A stretch of 64,000 nucleotides of DNA, taken from contig OY282457.1 in NCBI GenBank assembly GCA_958296235.1, positions 217,377 to 281,376 on the forward strand. The letters run 5' to 3'. A model generated the notes under the pieces. That model saw only the letters and a program-made list of their open reading frames with translations. It was not told the origin of the DNA and ran no database searches. This stretch comes from an uncultured Candidatus Binatia bacterium (GTDB taxonomy: Bacteria; Desulfobacterota; Binatia; Bin18). Both the position numbers and the translations under genes were made by a program. This document shows positions 28,113-37,812 of the stretch, one piece after another (positions within the stretch are counted from its first letter, which is position 1; each line of letters opens with the position of its first letter).

Positions 28113-29198
28113 ATGTCAACACAGCAGCCCCGCGAGCATATAGACCCGGACAAACTCAAAGCTGGCGGCCAAAAGGTCTTTGGCCTGCTGAGCGGTGCGT
28201 TAATCTCGGCCATGATCCACCTGGGCGACCGGCTCGGGCTGTACCGGGCGCTGCATGGCGCCGGGCCGGTGACCGGCGAGGAGCTTGCCGAAAAAACGGG
28301 CTTGAGCGAACGCTGGGTGCGGGAGTGGCTCCGAGGACAGGCCGCGGCCCAATTGCTTGAGTATGCAGAGGAAGGGCGTTTTTCCCTGTCGCCGGAAATG
28401 GCCATGATTCTTGCGGACGAAGACAGTCCCAAGTTTGCCGGGGGTATTTTCAGCGACTTTCCGCAACGCATGGCCATATTGGAGAAACTGCCCGAGGCCT
28501 TTCGCACCGGCCTGGGCCTGCCCTACGACGCGCGTGGCTCAGAGGGGGCGCGGGGCATTGAGCGGGTCTTTGCCCCCTGGTATCGGCACGCGCTGATTCC
28601 CGTTGTTCTGCCTGCCTTGGACGGTGTCGAGCCCAGGCTGCAAGCCGGCGCAAAGGTGGCGGACGTGGGCTGCGGTGCCGGGATTGCGCTGGTCCAAATG
28701 GCCACCGCCTTTCCGCGGGCCGACTTTCATGGCTATGACATCTCGGCGCACGCGCTGGCTCGCGCCAACGCGAACAGGGATGAGGCCGGGCTGACCAACC
28801 TCCGGTTTCACCATGCGGCCCAGGATGGGTTGCCGGCTGATGCGAGTTTTGACTTCATTACCACCTTTGACTGCATCCATGATATGACCCATCCGGCAGA
28901 AGCCATTCGGGCCATTCGGTCGGCGCTCAAGCCGGATGGAACCTGGCTGATCGCCGATATCAAGAGTGCCCCGACATTTGAAGAAAATCTGAAGAAGCCC
29001 ATGACCGGGCTGATGTATGCCTTCTCGGTTATGGGCTGCATGTCCTCGGCCTTATCCGAGCCGGGCGGGGCCGGGCTGGGGACCTTGGGCTTTAACGAAC
29101 CGGTGGCGCGGAGTATGACGCGCGACGCTGGCTTCACCCGCTTTACCCGTCACGATTTTGACAATCCGTTCAACGCCTATTATGAGGTGCGGCCTTGA
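28113..29198 (+). CDS. Class I SAM-dependent methyltransferase with N-terminal wHTH (Rv2258c-like)
   Basis: LGDRLGLY, ERWVREWL, ADVGCGAG and FDCIHD motifs. Confidence 0.9.
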   Translation: MSTQQPREHIDPDKLKAGGQKVFGLLSGALISAMIHLGDRLGLYRALHGAGPVTGEELAEKTGLSERWVREWLRGQAAAQLLEYAEEGRFSLSPEMAMILADEDSPKFAGGIFSDFPQRMAILEKLPEAFRTGLGLPYDARGSEGARGIERVFAPWYRHALIPVVLPALDGVEPRLQAGAKVADVGCGAGIALVQMATAFPRADFHGYDISAHALARANANRDEAGLTNLRFHHAAQDGLPADASFDFITTFDCIHDMTHPAEAIRAIRSALKPDGTWLIADIKSAPTFEENLKKPMTGLMYAFSVMGCMSSALSEPGGAGLGTLGFNEPVARSMTRDAGFTRFTRHDFDNPFNAYYEVRP

Positions 29199-29223
29199 CG
29201 CAGAAAGGTCCGGTGAAGAAAAA

Positions 29224-29363
29224 CCCCTCACCCCAGCCCTCTCCCCCAAGGGGAGAGGGAGCAAAAGGTAGGGGCAACCCCCTGTGGTTGCCCGGTTCTC
29301 AGGCCCCCCTGGCCTATTTGCCGGCAATGCGGTGCGGCAACCCCCTGTGGTTGCCCGGTTCTC
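29224..29363 (+). repeat. Composite REP unit plus an extra GGCAACCCCTGTGGTTGCCC copy
   Basis: Direct repeat of 28024-28093; second hairpin copy at about 29336-29363. Confidence 0.8.
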
Positions 29364-29390
29364 AGAGGGAGCAGACATGAGGAGAAACAT

Positions 29391-29792
29391 ATGGAAAAGG
29401 AATTTCTGAATCCCGCGGGTCTGCCCGTTTTGCCGGGCTTTTCTCAGGTTGTGACCGCAACTGAGGGAAAAGTTGTTTTTATCTCGGGCCAGGTCGCCCT
29501 GAACGCAAACAACGAGTTGGTGGGGGAGGGCGACCTGCGCGCCCAGGTCGTCCAAACCTTTGAAAACCTCAAACGAGCGCTCGCCGCGGTTGGGGCCACG
29601 TTTGATGACGTGCTGAAGACCAATACGTATATTGTTAATTATACGCCTGACATGATCGGCGTGATCCGTGAGGTTCGCAGCCAGTATCTGCCCCAGGACA
29701 AACCACCGGCCAGTACCCTCATCGGCGTTCAGGCGCTGGTGCTTGAGGGCCTGCTCATTGAGATTGAGGCCTTTGCTCTGCTCAAGGCTTGA
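29391..29792 (+). CDS. RidA/YjgF family protein
   Basis: FISGQVA, PPASTLIGVQAL and LIEIEA motifs. Confidence 0.92.
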   Translation: MEKEFLNPAGLPVLPGFSQVVTATEGKVVFISGQVALNANNELVGEGDLRAQVVQTFENLKRALAAVGATFDDVLKTNTYIVNYTPDMIGVIREVRSQYLPQDKPPASTLIGVQALVLEGLLIEIEAFALLKA

Positions 29793-29845
29793 GGCAATAC
29801 CGCAAAAGGTAACTGATTTCACTTTTTACGCTCAGCCTTGCACCC

Positions 29846-31942
29846 ATGCCTGCTCCTGCCAGTCTTCGCGTTGCCTTTGACATTGGCGGAACCTTCACCG
29901 ATGTTGTCATAGCCGGAGCTGACGGCCAGCTCTTGACCTATAAAATTTTGACCCTGCCCGATTCTGTTGGCGCAGACGTGGGTCGCTGCATTGCCGATAC
30001 CGAACGCCAGCGCCCGGAGAGCGCTATTACGAGCCTCGTCCACGGTACAACCATAGCCTCCAACGCAGTCCTGGAAGAACAGGGCGCGCGAACCGGTCTG
30101 ATTACCACCGCTGGCTTTCGGGATGAATTGGAAATCCGACGCCTGGGCCGGCCCGGCGTATACAACGTTTTCTGGCAGCGCACGCCGCCCCTGATTCCGC
30201 GTCGCCGCCGGCTTGAAGTCAGCGAACGCCTGACTGTTCGGGGCGAGGTGGAAACTCCGCTCAACGACGAAGAGGTCCGTCAGGCCATACTCAGCCTCAA
30301 ACGCCAGGGTGTTGAAGCCATTGCCGTGGCGTTTCTGCACTCTTACGTCAATCCCAGCCATGAACAACGGGCCGTGGCTCTCATCCGTGAGGTGTGCCCG
30401 GAAGTCATGGTCTGCTCTTCGGCTGACATCCTGCCCGAGGTGCGCGAGTACGAACGCACCTCCACCACGGTGCTGAACGCCTACCTGATGCCCGTGGTCG
30501 GACGATACCTGGACCAGTTGGAAACGCAGCTACGGGCATATCCCCCACCACTGCAAATCATGCAGTCCAACGGAGGGATCATGCCGGCTGCGCAGGCCCG
30601 CCGCCGCCCGGTGCATATGATTGAATCCGGTCCTGCGGCTGGTGCATTGGCTGCGGCCGGCCTGGCGCGGGAAATCGGCCTGGCTCAGGCGGTGGCGTTT
30701 GATATGGGCGGGACAACCGCCAAAGGCTGCCTGATAGAAAATGGGCAAGCCGTTGAAACCGCGGAGGGCGAGGTCGGCGCGGGAATCAACCGAGCCGGGC
30801 GACTGAGCAAGGGTGCCGGTTATGCGCTGCGCGTCCCCGCCTACGATATTGTCGAGGTCGGTGCGGGAGGAGGGAGTCTGGCCTGGGTAGACGCCGGCGG
30901 CGCTTTGCGCGTCGGTCCACGCAGCGCCGGCGCCGTCCCCGGACCGGCCTGCTATGGCCGCGGCGGAACCGAGCCGACCATCACTGATGCCAACGTGGCC
31001 CTGGGATATATGAACCCGAACAGTATCGCCGGTGGCGCCGTCCCTATTGATGCCGCGGCCGCGCAGACTGCAATCGAGACGCGGCTGGGCGCCCGCCTCG
31101 GTCTATCGGTCCACGAGCTTGCCTTCGGGATTCATCAGGTGGCTGACGCGACCATGACGCGCGCCATCCGGGCGGTCACAACCGAGCGGGGCCGTGACCC
31201 ACGCGAGTTTACTCTGATTGCTTTCGGGGGCTCAGGCCCGCTGCACGCGGCGACGCTGGCCGACAATCTGGGTATGTCGCGGGTGTATATTCCGCTCTTT
31301 CCCGGGGTATTCAGTGCGTTGGGCCTGTTGGTAGCCGACCTGCGCTCTGACTACGTGCAAAGTGTGCCGCAGGATTTGGACGGGGTTGACCCCGCGGCGC
31401 TACTCCAGGAATTTGACACTCTGGCAGACCGCGCAGCGCAGGAGGCCCGGCATGAGCGGCGCGAGCGGCCTGGGCTTACCTATGAGCGCCTGCTCGATTT
31501 ACGCTATAAGCGCCAGTCATCGGAGCTGACCCTGCCGCTCCCGGCTCAGGTTGAGGCGGCTGACATCCGGCAGGTTTTGGCCGAGAGCTTTCATGCTGCG
31601 CATGAACAAACGTATGGATATCGACGCGAAGACGATACTATTGCCATCGTCAGCGTCCGCCTGAAAGCAACCATTCGGACACAAAGCCTGTCCTTCAGCG
31701 AGTTGGGCGGGTCTTTCAGCCAAGCGGCAGAAAAGACCGCGCAGCCGGGCTCTCGCCGCGCCTATTTCGGCCGGCAACAAGGTGAGCTCAATACCCGTAT
31801 TCTGAGCCGCAGTGACTTGGTCGAACATGCCGTCGCCGGTCCTCTGATTGTCGAAGAGTTTGACGCCACGGTCGTCGTCCCTCCGCGCTGGCAGGCGAGT
31901 GTCGATGCGTATGGAAATATTGTCTTGGCCAAAAACGGATAA
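29846..31942 (+). CDS. Hydantoinase A/oxoprolinase subunit
   Basis: DIGGTFTD, HGTT, ESGPAAG, DMGGTT and GAGGGS motifs. Confidence 0.92.
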   Translation: MPAPASLRVAFDIGGTFTDVVIAGADGQLLTYKILTLPDSVGADVGRCIADTERQRPESAITSLVHGTTIASNAVLEEQGARTGLITTAGFRDELEIRRLGRPGVYNVFWQRTPPLIPRRRRLEVSERLTVRGEVETPLNDEEVRQAILSLKRQGVEAIAVAFLHSYVNPSHEQRAVALIREVCPEVMVCSSADILPEVREYERTSTTVLNAYLMPVVGRYLDQLETQLRAYPPPLQIMQSNGGIMPAAQARRRPVHMIESGPAAGALAAAGLAREIGLAQAVAFDMGGTTAKGCLIENGQAVETAEGEVGAGINRAGRLSKGAGYALRVPAYDIVEVGAGGGSLAWVDAGGALRVGPRSAGAVPGPACYGRGGTEPTITDANVALGYMNPNSIAGGAVPIDAAAAQTAIETRLGARLGLSVHELAFGIHQVADATMTRAIRAVTTERGRDPREFTLIAFGGSGPLHAATLADNLGMSRVYIPLFPGVFSALGLLVADLRSDYVQSVPQDLDGVDPAALLQEFDTLADRAAQEARHERRERPGLTYERLLDLRYKRQSSELTLPLPAQVEAADIRQVLAESFHAAHEQTYGYRREDDTIAIVSVRLKATIRTQSLSFSELGGSFSQAAEKTAQPGSRRAYFGRQQGELNTRILSRSDLVEHAVAGPLIVEEFDATVVVPPRWQASVDAYGNIVLAKNG

Positions 31943-31956
31943 ACGAGGAAGAGTTC

Positions 31957-33702
31957 ATGGCCGGCGTATTTGACCCCATTCTGATCGAAGTCATGAAAAA
32001 CGAGCTGATCGCGGTTGCCGAAGAAATGGGCATTACCATGAAGCGCACGGCGCGCTCGCTGGGGGCCAAGGAAGGCTCTGATTTTTCGACTGCGTTGGTC
32101 GATGCCCAGGGCCGGTTGATCGCCCAGGGTCTGACCATCGGCGTCCATCTGGGCTACATCATGGGGGTCATGCCGTGGGTGCTGAAGAAATTTGGCGACG
32201 ACCTCCACCCTGGCGATGTGATTGTCTCAAATGATCCCTACGGCGGGGTGTCCCACTTCCCGGACATCGTTCTGGTCATGCCCATTTTCTGGCAGGAACA
32301 ACTGGTCGGCTTTTCGGCTATTGTGGAACATCATACCGATATTGGTGGGCGCTTCCCCGGCGGCATGGGCATAGCCAGTGCCGAAGTCTACGAAGAAGGG
32401 GTGTGTATTCCGGGGGTCAAGCTCTTCAGTCAAGGCGAGCTGAATCACGACCTGGTTGATATGATTGCCGCCAATGTCCGCGCGCCTGAGGATGTGCGCG
32501 GTGACCTGGATGCCCAGGCCGCGGCCTGTCGGCGCGGCGCCCAGGGAGTGCAGGAACTGCTCGGCCGCCACGGGCTGGAACAATTTGCAGCCTGTAACGA
32601 ACAGTTACGCCAGTACAGCGAACGGGCCATGCGAGCCTGCATTGCTGCCATCCCGGATGGCGCGTATGTGTGTACGGACCTGTTTGAAGATGACGGCCTG
32701 GGCGGGGAAGGGGTCAATCTGCGTCTGGTGGTGACCGTCGGCGGCGAGTCTGTCCGGGTTGACTTCGACGGAACCGGCCCACAGGTGCGCAGCGCGATTA
32801 ACGTTCCCTTCAATCTCACCCGCGCCTGTGTGTACGTGGCCTTTCGGTCCATTCTTGAGACGGACGCGCCGGCAAACTCGGGGCTGATGGCTCCCATTCA
32901 GGTAACTGCTCCCGAGGGCTGTGTGGTCAATCCCAAATTTCCTGGCGCGGTCGGTGCGCGCGGAATGCTGATGTGGCGGATTATCGACATGGTGTTTGCC
33001 GCCCTGGCTCAGGCCATTCCGGACAAAGTTTATGCCGCCGGCGAGGGCGGGGCGAATCTGCTGGTGTATACGCCCCGGGTTGATGCCGGAGTGCCATCCA
33101 TGCTGCTGGATATTTACACCTCGGGCTGGGGCGCGCGGCCCGATAGCGATGGCGTGGAAGGGGTCACTCCTATGGCCGCGGGTGGCGCCATGCGCAGCAT
33201 TCCCGCGGAAATGATTGAGCGGGAATGTCCGGTCATGCTGGAGGGCTTCGGCTTTTTGCCGGATACCGGTGGGGCGGGACAATATCGCGGCGCCCTGTCC
33301 GTGTACCGCCAATGGCGCTTTCTGGGGGAAGGCCGAGTCATGCTCCGAACCTGTCGGGTCAAATCCGTTCCCTATGGGTTGGCCGGCGGAAAAGACGGCA
33401 CCCCGTTTGCCGCCAGACTGCGCTCGGGCGAAGCAGAAACCCAGCTTCCACACGAAATGCTGATTGACACGGAAGTGCGGTCTGGAGAAACCCTGCTGCA
33501 TATCCAACCGGGCGCGGGCGGCTATGGCGACCCGCTCGCGCGTGACCCCCAACTCGTCCTGGACGACGTGTTGGACGAGAAAATCTCGCCGGCGTACGCC
33601 GAGCGGGAATACGGGGTCGCTATTGACGAGCGCGCGGAGCAGGTTGACTGGAACCGGACGGCGCAACTTCGCGCGACCTTGCAGTCTGACCCAGGGACAT
33701 GA
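31957..33702 (+). CDS. Hydantoinase B/oxoprolinase subunit
   Basis: NDPYGGVSHFPD, HHTDIGG and GAGGYGDP motifs. Confidence 0.92.
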   Translation: MAGVFDPILIEVMKNELIAVAEEMGITMKRTARSLGAKEGSDFSTALVDAQGRLIAQGLTIGVHLGYIMGVMPWVLKKFGDDLHPGDVIVSNDPYGGVSHFPDIVLVMPIFWQEQLVGFSAIVEHHTDIGGRFPGGMGIASAEVYEEGVCIPGVKLFSQGELNHDLVDMIAANVRAPEDVRGDLDAQAAACRRGAQGVQELLGRHGLEQFAACNEQLRQYSERAMRACIAAIPDGAYVCTDLFEDDGLGGEGVNLRLVVTVGGESVRVDFDGTGPQVRSAINVPFNLTRACVYVAFRSILETDAPANSGLMAPIQVTAPEGCVVNPKFPGAVGARGMLMWRIIDMVFAALAQAIPDKVYAAGEGGANLLVYTPRVDAGVPSMLLDIYTSGWGARPDSDGVEGVTPMAAGGAMRSIPAEMIERECPVMLEGFGFLPDTGGAGQYRGALSVYRQWRFLGEGRVMLRTCRVKSVPYGLAGGKDGTPFAARLRSGEAETQLPHEMLIDTEVRSGETLLHIQPGAGGYGDPLARDPQLVLDDVLDEKISPAYAEREYGVAIDERAEQVDWNRTAQLRATLQSDPGT

Positions 33703-33762
33703 TGGCGAAATGCGACGGCCCGTGTCCTGTCCGTTGCCGGCGCGTGAACCGGGAGGAGAGCT

Positions 33763-35505
33763 ATGGCATTTGATCCTATTCTGGTTGAGGTGGTGAAAAA
33801 CGAGCTGGCCGCCATTACCGAAGAAATGGCGATTGCGGTCTGGAAAACCGGCCGCTCGGCCATGGTCAAAACGGGAGATTTTGCCACTGCCATCTGTGAC
33901 GGCCAGGGGCGACTGATCGGTCAGGGCTATGCGGCTCCGTTTCAACTGGCGTTCTTTATTGCGGTGATGCCGCATATCCTCAAAAAATACGGTGACGCAT
34001 TCGCGCCCGGCGACGTGATTGTGGTGAACGACCCGTATGCCGGTGTCACTCATATGCCGGATGTGATGATTATTGCGCCCACGTTCTGGAAGGGGCAGCG
34101 GGTCGCTTTTACCTTAGCCTATTCGCACCACACCGATATTGGCGGGCGCTTTCCGGGTGGGTTCAGCAGCCAGTGTACCGAGACCTTTGAAGAGGGTCTC
34201 CGCCTGCCGCCAATCAAGCTGTACCAGGCTGGGGAGCGCAACGACGCCCTCCTGGAGACGATTCTGGCCAACGTCCGGGTGTCCGACGAATGGCTGGGCG
34301 ATGTTGAGGCAAAAATCGCGGGCTGCTGGCGCGGCGAGCAAGAGCTGAAAACAATGCTCGAAAAATACGGCTTGGACACCTTCAACTCGTGCTGCGACTA
34401 TTTGATTACCTATGCGGAAAAGGCTACGCGGGCGGCCATCAAAGAGATTCCTCCGGGCGAGTATGTGTATGAGGACGCCTTTGAGGACGACGGTTTTGGC
34501 TCCGACGGTGTGGCCCTGCCGCTCAAGGTGACCCTGCGCGCCCAAGGGGAAACCTTGCGCGTTGATTTCACCGGAACCGGACCCCAGGCGCGCGGCGCCA
34601 TCAACCTGCCGTTGAGCATGACGCAAGCCACCGTATATGGCGCGGTCAAGAGCATTGTCAGTCCAGAGGTGTTGACCAATGTCGGCTTCATTCGGCCCAT
34701 ACAGGTCGTTGCGCCGGTCGGCAGCCTGGTGAATCCACGCTTTCCTGCCGCGGTCGGTGGCCGCGCCCCGTTATTCTTTCGGGTTTTTGATATGCTATTT
34801 CGCGCCCTGGCCCAGGCGCTGCCCGACCGGGTTCCCATCCCCGGAGAGGGGGGGGATGTGTTGCACTTCACCGGTGAGAAAGAAGACGGGACACCGTTTG
34901 CGGTGATGGATATTTTCTTTGGCGGCTGGGGCGGACGGCCACACAAGGACGGTATTGATGGTGTGGCGCCTATGGCCTTCGGGTCCTACGGAACGATTCC
35001 GGCGGAGATGCTCGAACGTGAGTTTCCGCTGGTCGTTGACGGGTTTGGCTATGTGCCGGATACGGGCGGCGCCGGCAAGCATCGGGGCTCGGTGTCCATC
35101 TATAAACAGTGGCGCTTCCTGAGCCCCGGAAAAGTCATGGTCCGCACCAATCGCCTCATTCGCGCCTCCGGCGGGCTGGCCGGCGGCGCGTCCGGCTCGC
35201 TGTCCAAGAATATTCTGAATCCCGAAACAGAGAACCGGGAACTGCCGCGCAAGGCCCATATGCACATGGATGTCAAACCGGGCGATCGCATTCACCACAT
35301 CGTGTCCGGCTCGGGCGGGCACGGCAATCCTCTGGAGCGCGACCCGGCCCAGGTGCTGGCCGACGTACAGGACGAAAAGTTGTCTGTCGGCCAGGCACTT
35401 GGGCAGTATGGAGTGGTGATTGATGCGGCCACGGCCGAGGTCAAGCTACCGGAAACCGAGGCGGTACGGGCCACCCGCTTGCAACCGGCTGCGGCAGCAG
35501 ACTGA
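33763..35505 (+). CDS. Hydantoinase B/oxoprolinase subunit (second paralog)
   Basis: NDPYAGVTHMPD, HHTDIGG and GSGGHGNP motifs. Confidence 0.92.
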   Translation: MAFDPILVEVVKNELAAITEEMAIAVWKTGRSAMVKTGDFATAICDGQGRLIGQGYAAPFQLAFFIAVMPHILKKYGDAFAPGDVIVVNDPYAGVTHMPDVMIIAPTFWKGQRVAFTLAYSHHTDIGGRFPGGFSSQCTETFEEGLRLPPIKLYQAGERNDALLETILANVRVSDEWLGDVEAKIAGCWRGEQELKTMLEKYGLDTFNSCCDYLITYAEKATRAAIKEIPPGEYVYEDAFEDDGFGSDGVALPLKVTLRAQGETLRVDFTGTGPQARGAINLPLSMTQATVYGAVKSIVSPEVLTNVGFIRPIQVVAPVGSLVNPRFPAAVGGRAPLFFRVFDMLFRALAQALPDRVPIPGEGGDVLHFTGEKEDGTPFAVMDIFFGGWGGRPHKDGIDGVAPMAFGSYGTIPAEMLEREFPLVVDGFGYVPDTGGAGKHRGSVSIYKQWRFLSPGKVMVRTNRLIRASGGLAGGASGSLSKNILNPETENRELPRKAHMHMDVKPGDRIHHIVSGSGGHGNPLERDPAQVLADVQDEKLSVGQALGQYGVVIDAATAEVKLPETEAVRATRLQPAAAAD

Positions 35506-35700
35506 TTGAGGGTCAGGAGCGCCGTAGCAAGCAGGTCGGATGAGCGGAGCGTCATCCGCCAAGGCCGGGCTGGCGGGTTATGCCCGCGGCTGACCCGATC
35601 TGCAAGGCTGCCGTTCCTGCCGGCGTCATTCGCTATCCAGGAGGAGAATGAGAAAGCCTGCGCCGTTTGGATAGACGATTCGATATGGTATAGGCTCCCC

Positions 35701-37752
35701 ATGCGTATAGGCTTTGATATAGGCGGAACGTTTACCGATGTTATTGTGGTTGGCAACGACGGACGCCTGTTTACCACTAAGGTGCTCTCGCTGCTTGATC
35801 GGGTTGGCGAAGATATTGTCCAATGTGTGCGCGAAGTCGATACGCAGGCCCAGGTCGAAGGCTTCGTCCACGGTACAACCATTGCCTCGAACGCGGTGAT
35901 CGAAGAGACCACCGCGCGGACCGGACTGATTACCACCCGGGGCTTTCGGGACGAACTCGAAATGCGCGGGCAGCGCCGGCCCAATATCTATGACGCGGAC
36001 TGGGACCGGCTGCCCCCTCTGGTGCCCCGTTCCCTGCGTTTGGAAGTTCAGGAGCGCATCCTGGGCACTGGTCGGATTGAGCGTCCGCTCGACCCAACGC
36101 AGGCCAGGACGGTGATCGACCAGCTTGTGACCGCGGGTGTCGAAGCGATTGCTGTTTGCCTGGTGAACTCGTATCTCAATCCGACGCACGAACAGCAGTT
36201 GGGACAGCTTATCGCTGAGGTGGCCGCGGATACGGTGGTGTGTCTGTCGTGCGATATCCATCCCGAGATTCGCGAGTACGAACGCACCAGCACGACGGTC
36301 ATTAATGCGTCGCTGATTCCGGTTGTTGATCGCTATCTCACCCGACTGGAACAGCACCTCTCGGCCTATAGCGAGCGCGTCCTGATTATGCAGTCCAACG
36401 GCGGCATCATGAGTGCCCAGGCCGCCCGCCGCCGACCCGCGTATATGATTGAGTCGGGGCCGGCTGCGGGTGTGCTGGCCGCGGCGCGCTTCGCCCAGGA
36501 GACGCAGCAGGATCGGGTGCTCTCGTTTGACATGGGCGGGACGACCGCCAAAGCCTGTTTGATTGAAAACGGCGTGCCACTTGAAAAGCCGGGAGGAGAG
36601 GTCGGGGGGGGCGCAACCACGACCACGCGCTTGTTCGGTGGGGGAGGACATGCGCTGCGCGTCCCCTCGCTCGATATCGTCGAAGTGGGTGCTGGAGGCG
36701 GCAGTATTGCCTGGATAGATGACGGGGGCGCATTACGGGTCGGCCCCCAGAGCGCGAGTGCGGACCCTGGTCCGGCCTGTTATGGCCGGGGCGGAACCGC
36801 GCCGACGGTGACTGACGCCAATGTGGCGCTTGGCTATATGAATCCTGACGCGATCGCTGGGGCAACGCTGACCATAGACCGCCAGGCCGCCTGGACCGCG
36901 ATTGAGCAAAAAATCGCTCAACCGCTCAATGTGGAAGTCCTGGCCGCGGCCTATGGCATCACTCAGGTAGCAAATGCGACCATGATGCGCGCCCTGCGGG
37001 CCGTCTCGACCGAACGCGGCCGGGACCCGCGGGATTTTACCCTGATCGCGTTCGGTGGAGCCGGACCGATGCACGCCGCCGCGCTGGCGGACAGCCTGAG
37101 TATGACGCGGGTTCAGATTCCGCTCTACCCCGGCTTGTTCAGCGCCCTTGGGTTGTTGCTGGCGGATTATCGTCACGACTATATTCGCAGCGTAGCCGTA
37201 GCTTTGGACCAGATCGACCCGCAGGCCGTGCTGCGTCACTACCGGGAGCTTGAGACCCAGGCCCGGGCTGAGCTGGTCGAAGAAGGTATTGCTGCGGAGC
37301 GGATTCGCTTCGAGCGCCAGGTCGACCTCAAATATGGCTATCAGGTGGCCGAGCTGAGTCTGCCGTTTCCTGAAGTGACTGCCGCTGACTTGCAGGATCG
37401 CTTGGCCCAACTCTTCACCCAGGCGCACCGCCAGGCATTTGGCTATGATCGAGCTGATACGATTGAGCTGGTCAGCGTTCGGCTGCGGGCCTTGGCCTCC
37501 TCCGGCCATCTGCGCTTTACCGAGCTGACCGGCACTGGGAGCGTGAGCGCTCCTGCGCCTCCAGCCTCGCGCATGGCGTATTTCGGTCCACAGCTGGGCG
37601 AATGCCAGGCTGCGGTCTACCAGCGCACCGCTCTTGAACAGGCCCGGAACGGCCCGCTCATCGTGGAAGAACCGGATACCACGGTGGTTGTACCGCCTGG
37701 CTGGACAGTCCAGTATGACGTGAGCGGGAATCTTCTCTTGCAGCATGAATAG
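35701..37752 (+). CDS. Hydantoinase A/oxoprolinase subunit (second paralog)
   Basis: MRIGFDIGGTFTD from ATG 35701, ESGPAAG and GAGGGS motifs. Confidence 0.92.
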   Translation: MRIGFDIGGTFTDVIVVGNDGRLFTTKVLSLLDRVGEDIVQCVREVDTQAQVEGFVHGTTIASNAVIEETTARTGLITTRGFRDELEMRGQRRPNIYDADWDRLPPLVPRSLRLEVQERILGTGRIERPLDPTQARTVIDQLVTAGVEAIAVCLVNSYLNPTHEQQLGQLIAEVAADTVVCLSCDIHPEIREYERTSTTVINASLIPVVDRYLTRLEQHLSAYSERVLIMQSNGGIMSAQAARRRPAYMIESGPAAGVLAAARFAQETQQDRVLSFDMGGTTAKACLIENGVPLEKPGGEVGGGATTTTRLFGGGGHALRVPSLDIVEVGAGGGSIAWIDDGGALRVGPQSASADPGPACYGRGGTAPTVTDANVALGYMNPDAIAGATLTIDRQAAWTAIEQKIAQPLNVEVLAAAYGITQVANATMMRALRAVSTERGRDPRDFTLIAFGGAGPMHAAALADSLSMTRVQIPLYPGLFSALGLLLADYRHDYIRSVAVALDQIDPQAVLRHYRELETQARAELVEEGIAAERIRFERQVDLKYGYQVAELSLPFPEVTAADLQDRLAQLFTQAHRQAFGYDRADTIELVSVRLRALASSGHLRFTELTGTGSVSAPAPPASRMAYFGPQLGECQAAVYQRTALEQARNGPLIVEEPDTTVVVPPGWTVQYDVSGNLLLQHE

Positions 37753-37812
37753 CCGCGGAGCGTGTTGCGCTTCAGGCCGGGTGGGTTTCTGCCGTACGGA
37801 AGGACATCTTTT

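Noticed and set aside
35503-35700. hyuB TGA stop followed by an open in-frame spacer into hyuA, near selD (possible Sec readthrough fusion)
   Set aside because: The TGA follows the natural low-complexity C-terminus and is not at a Cys-equivalent site. The spacer does not look protein-like, known fusions run A-B rather than B-A, and open spacers are common at high GC.
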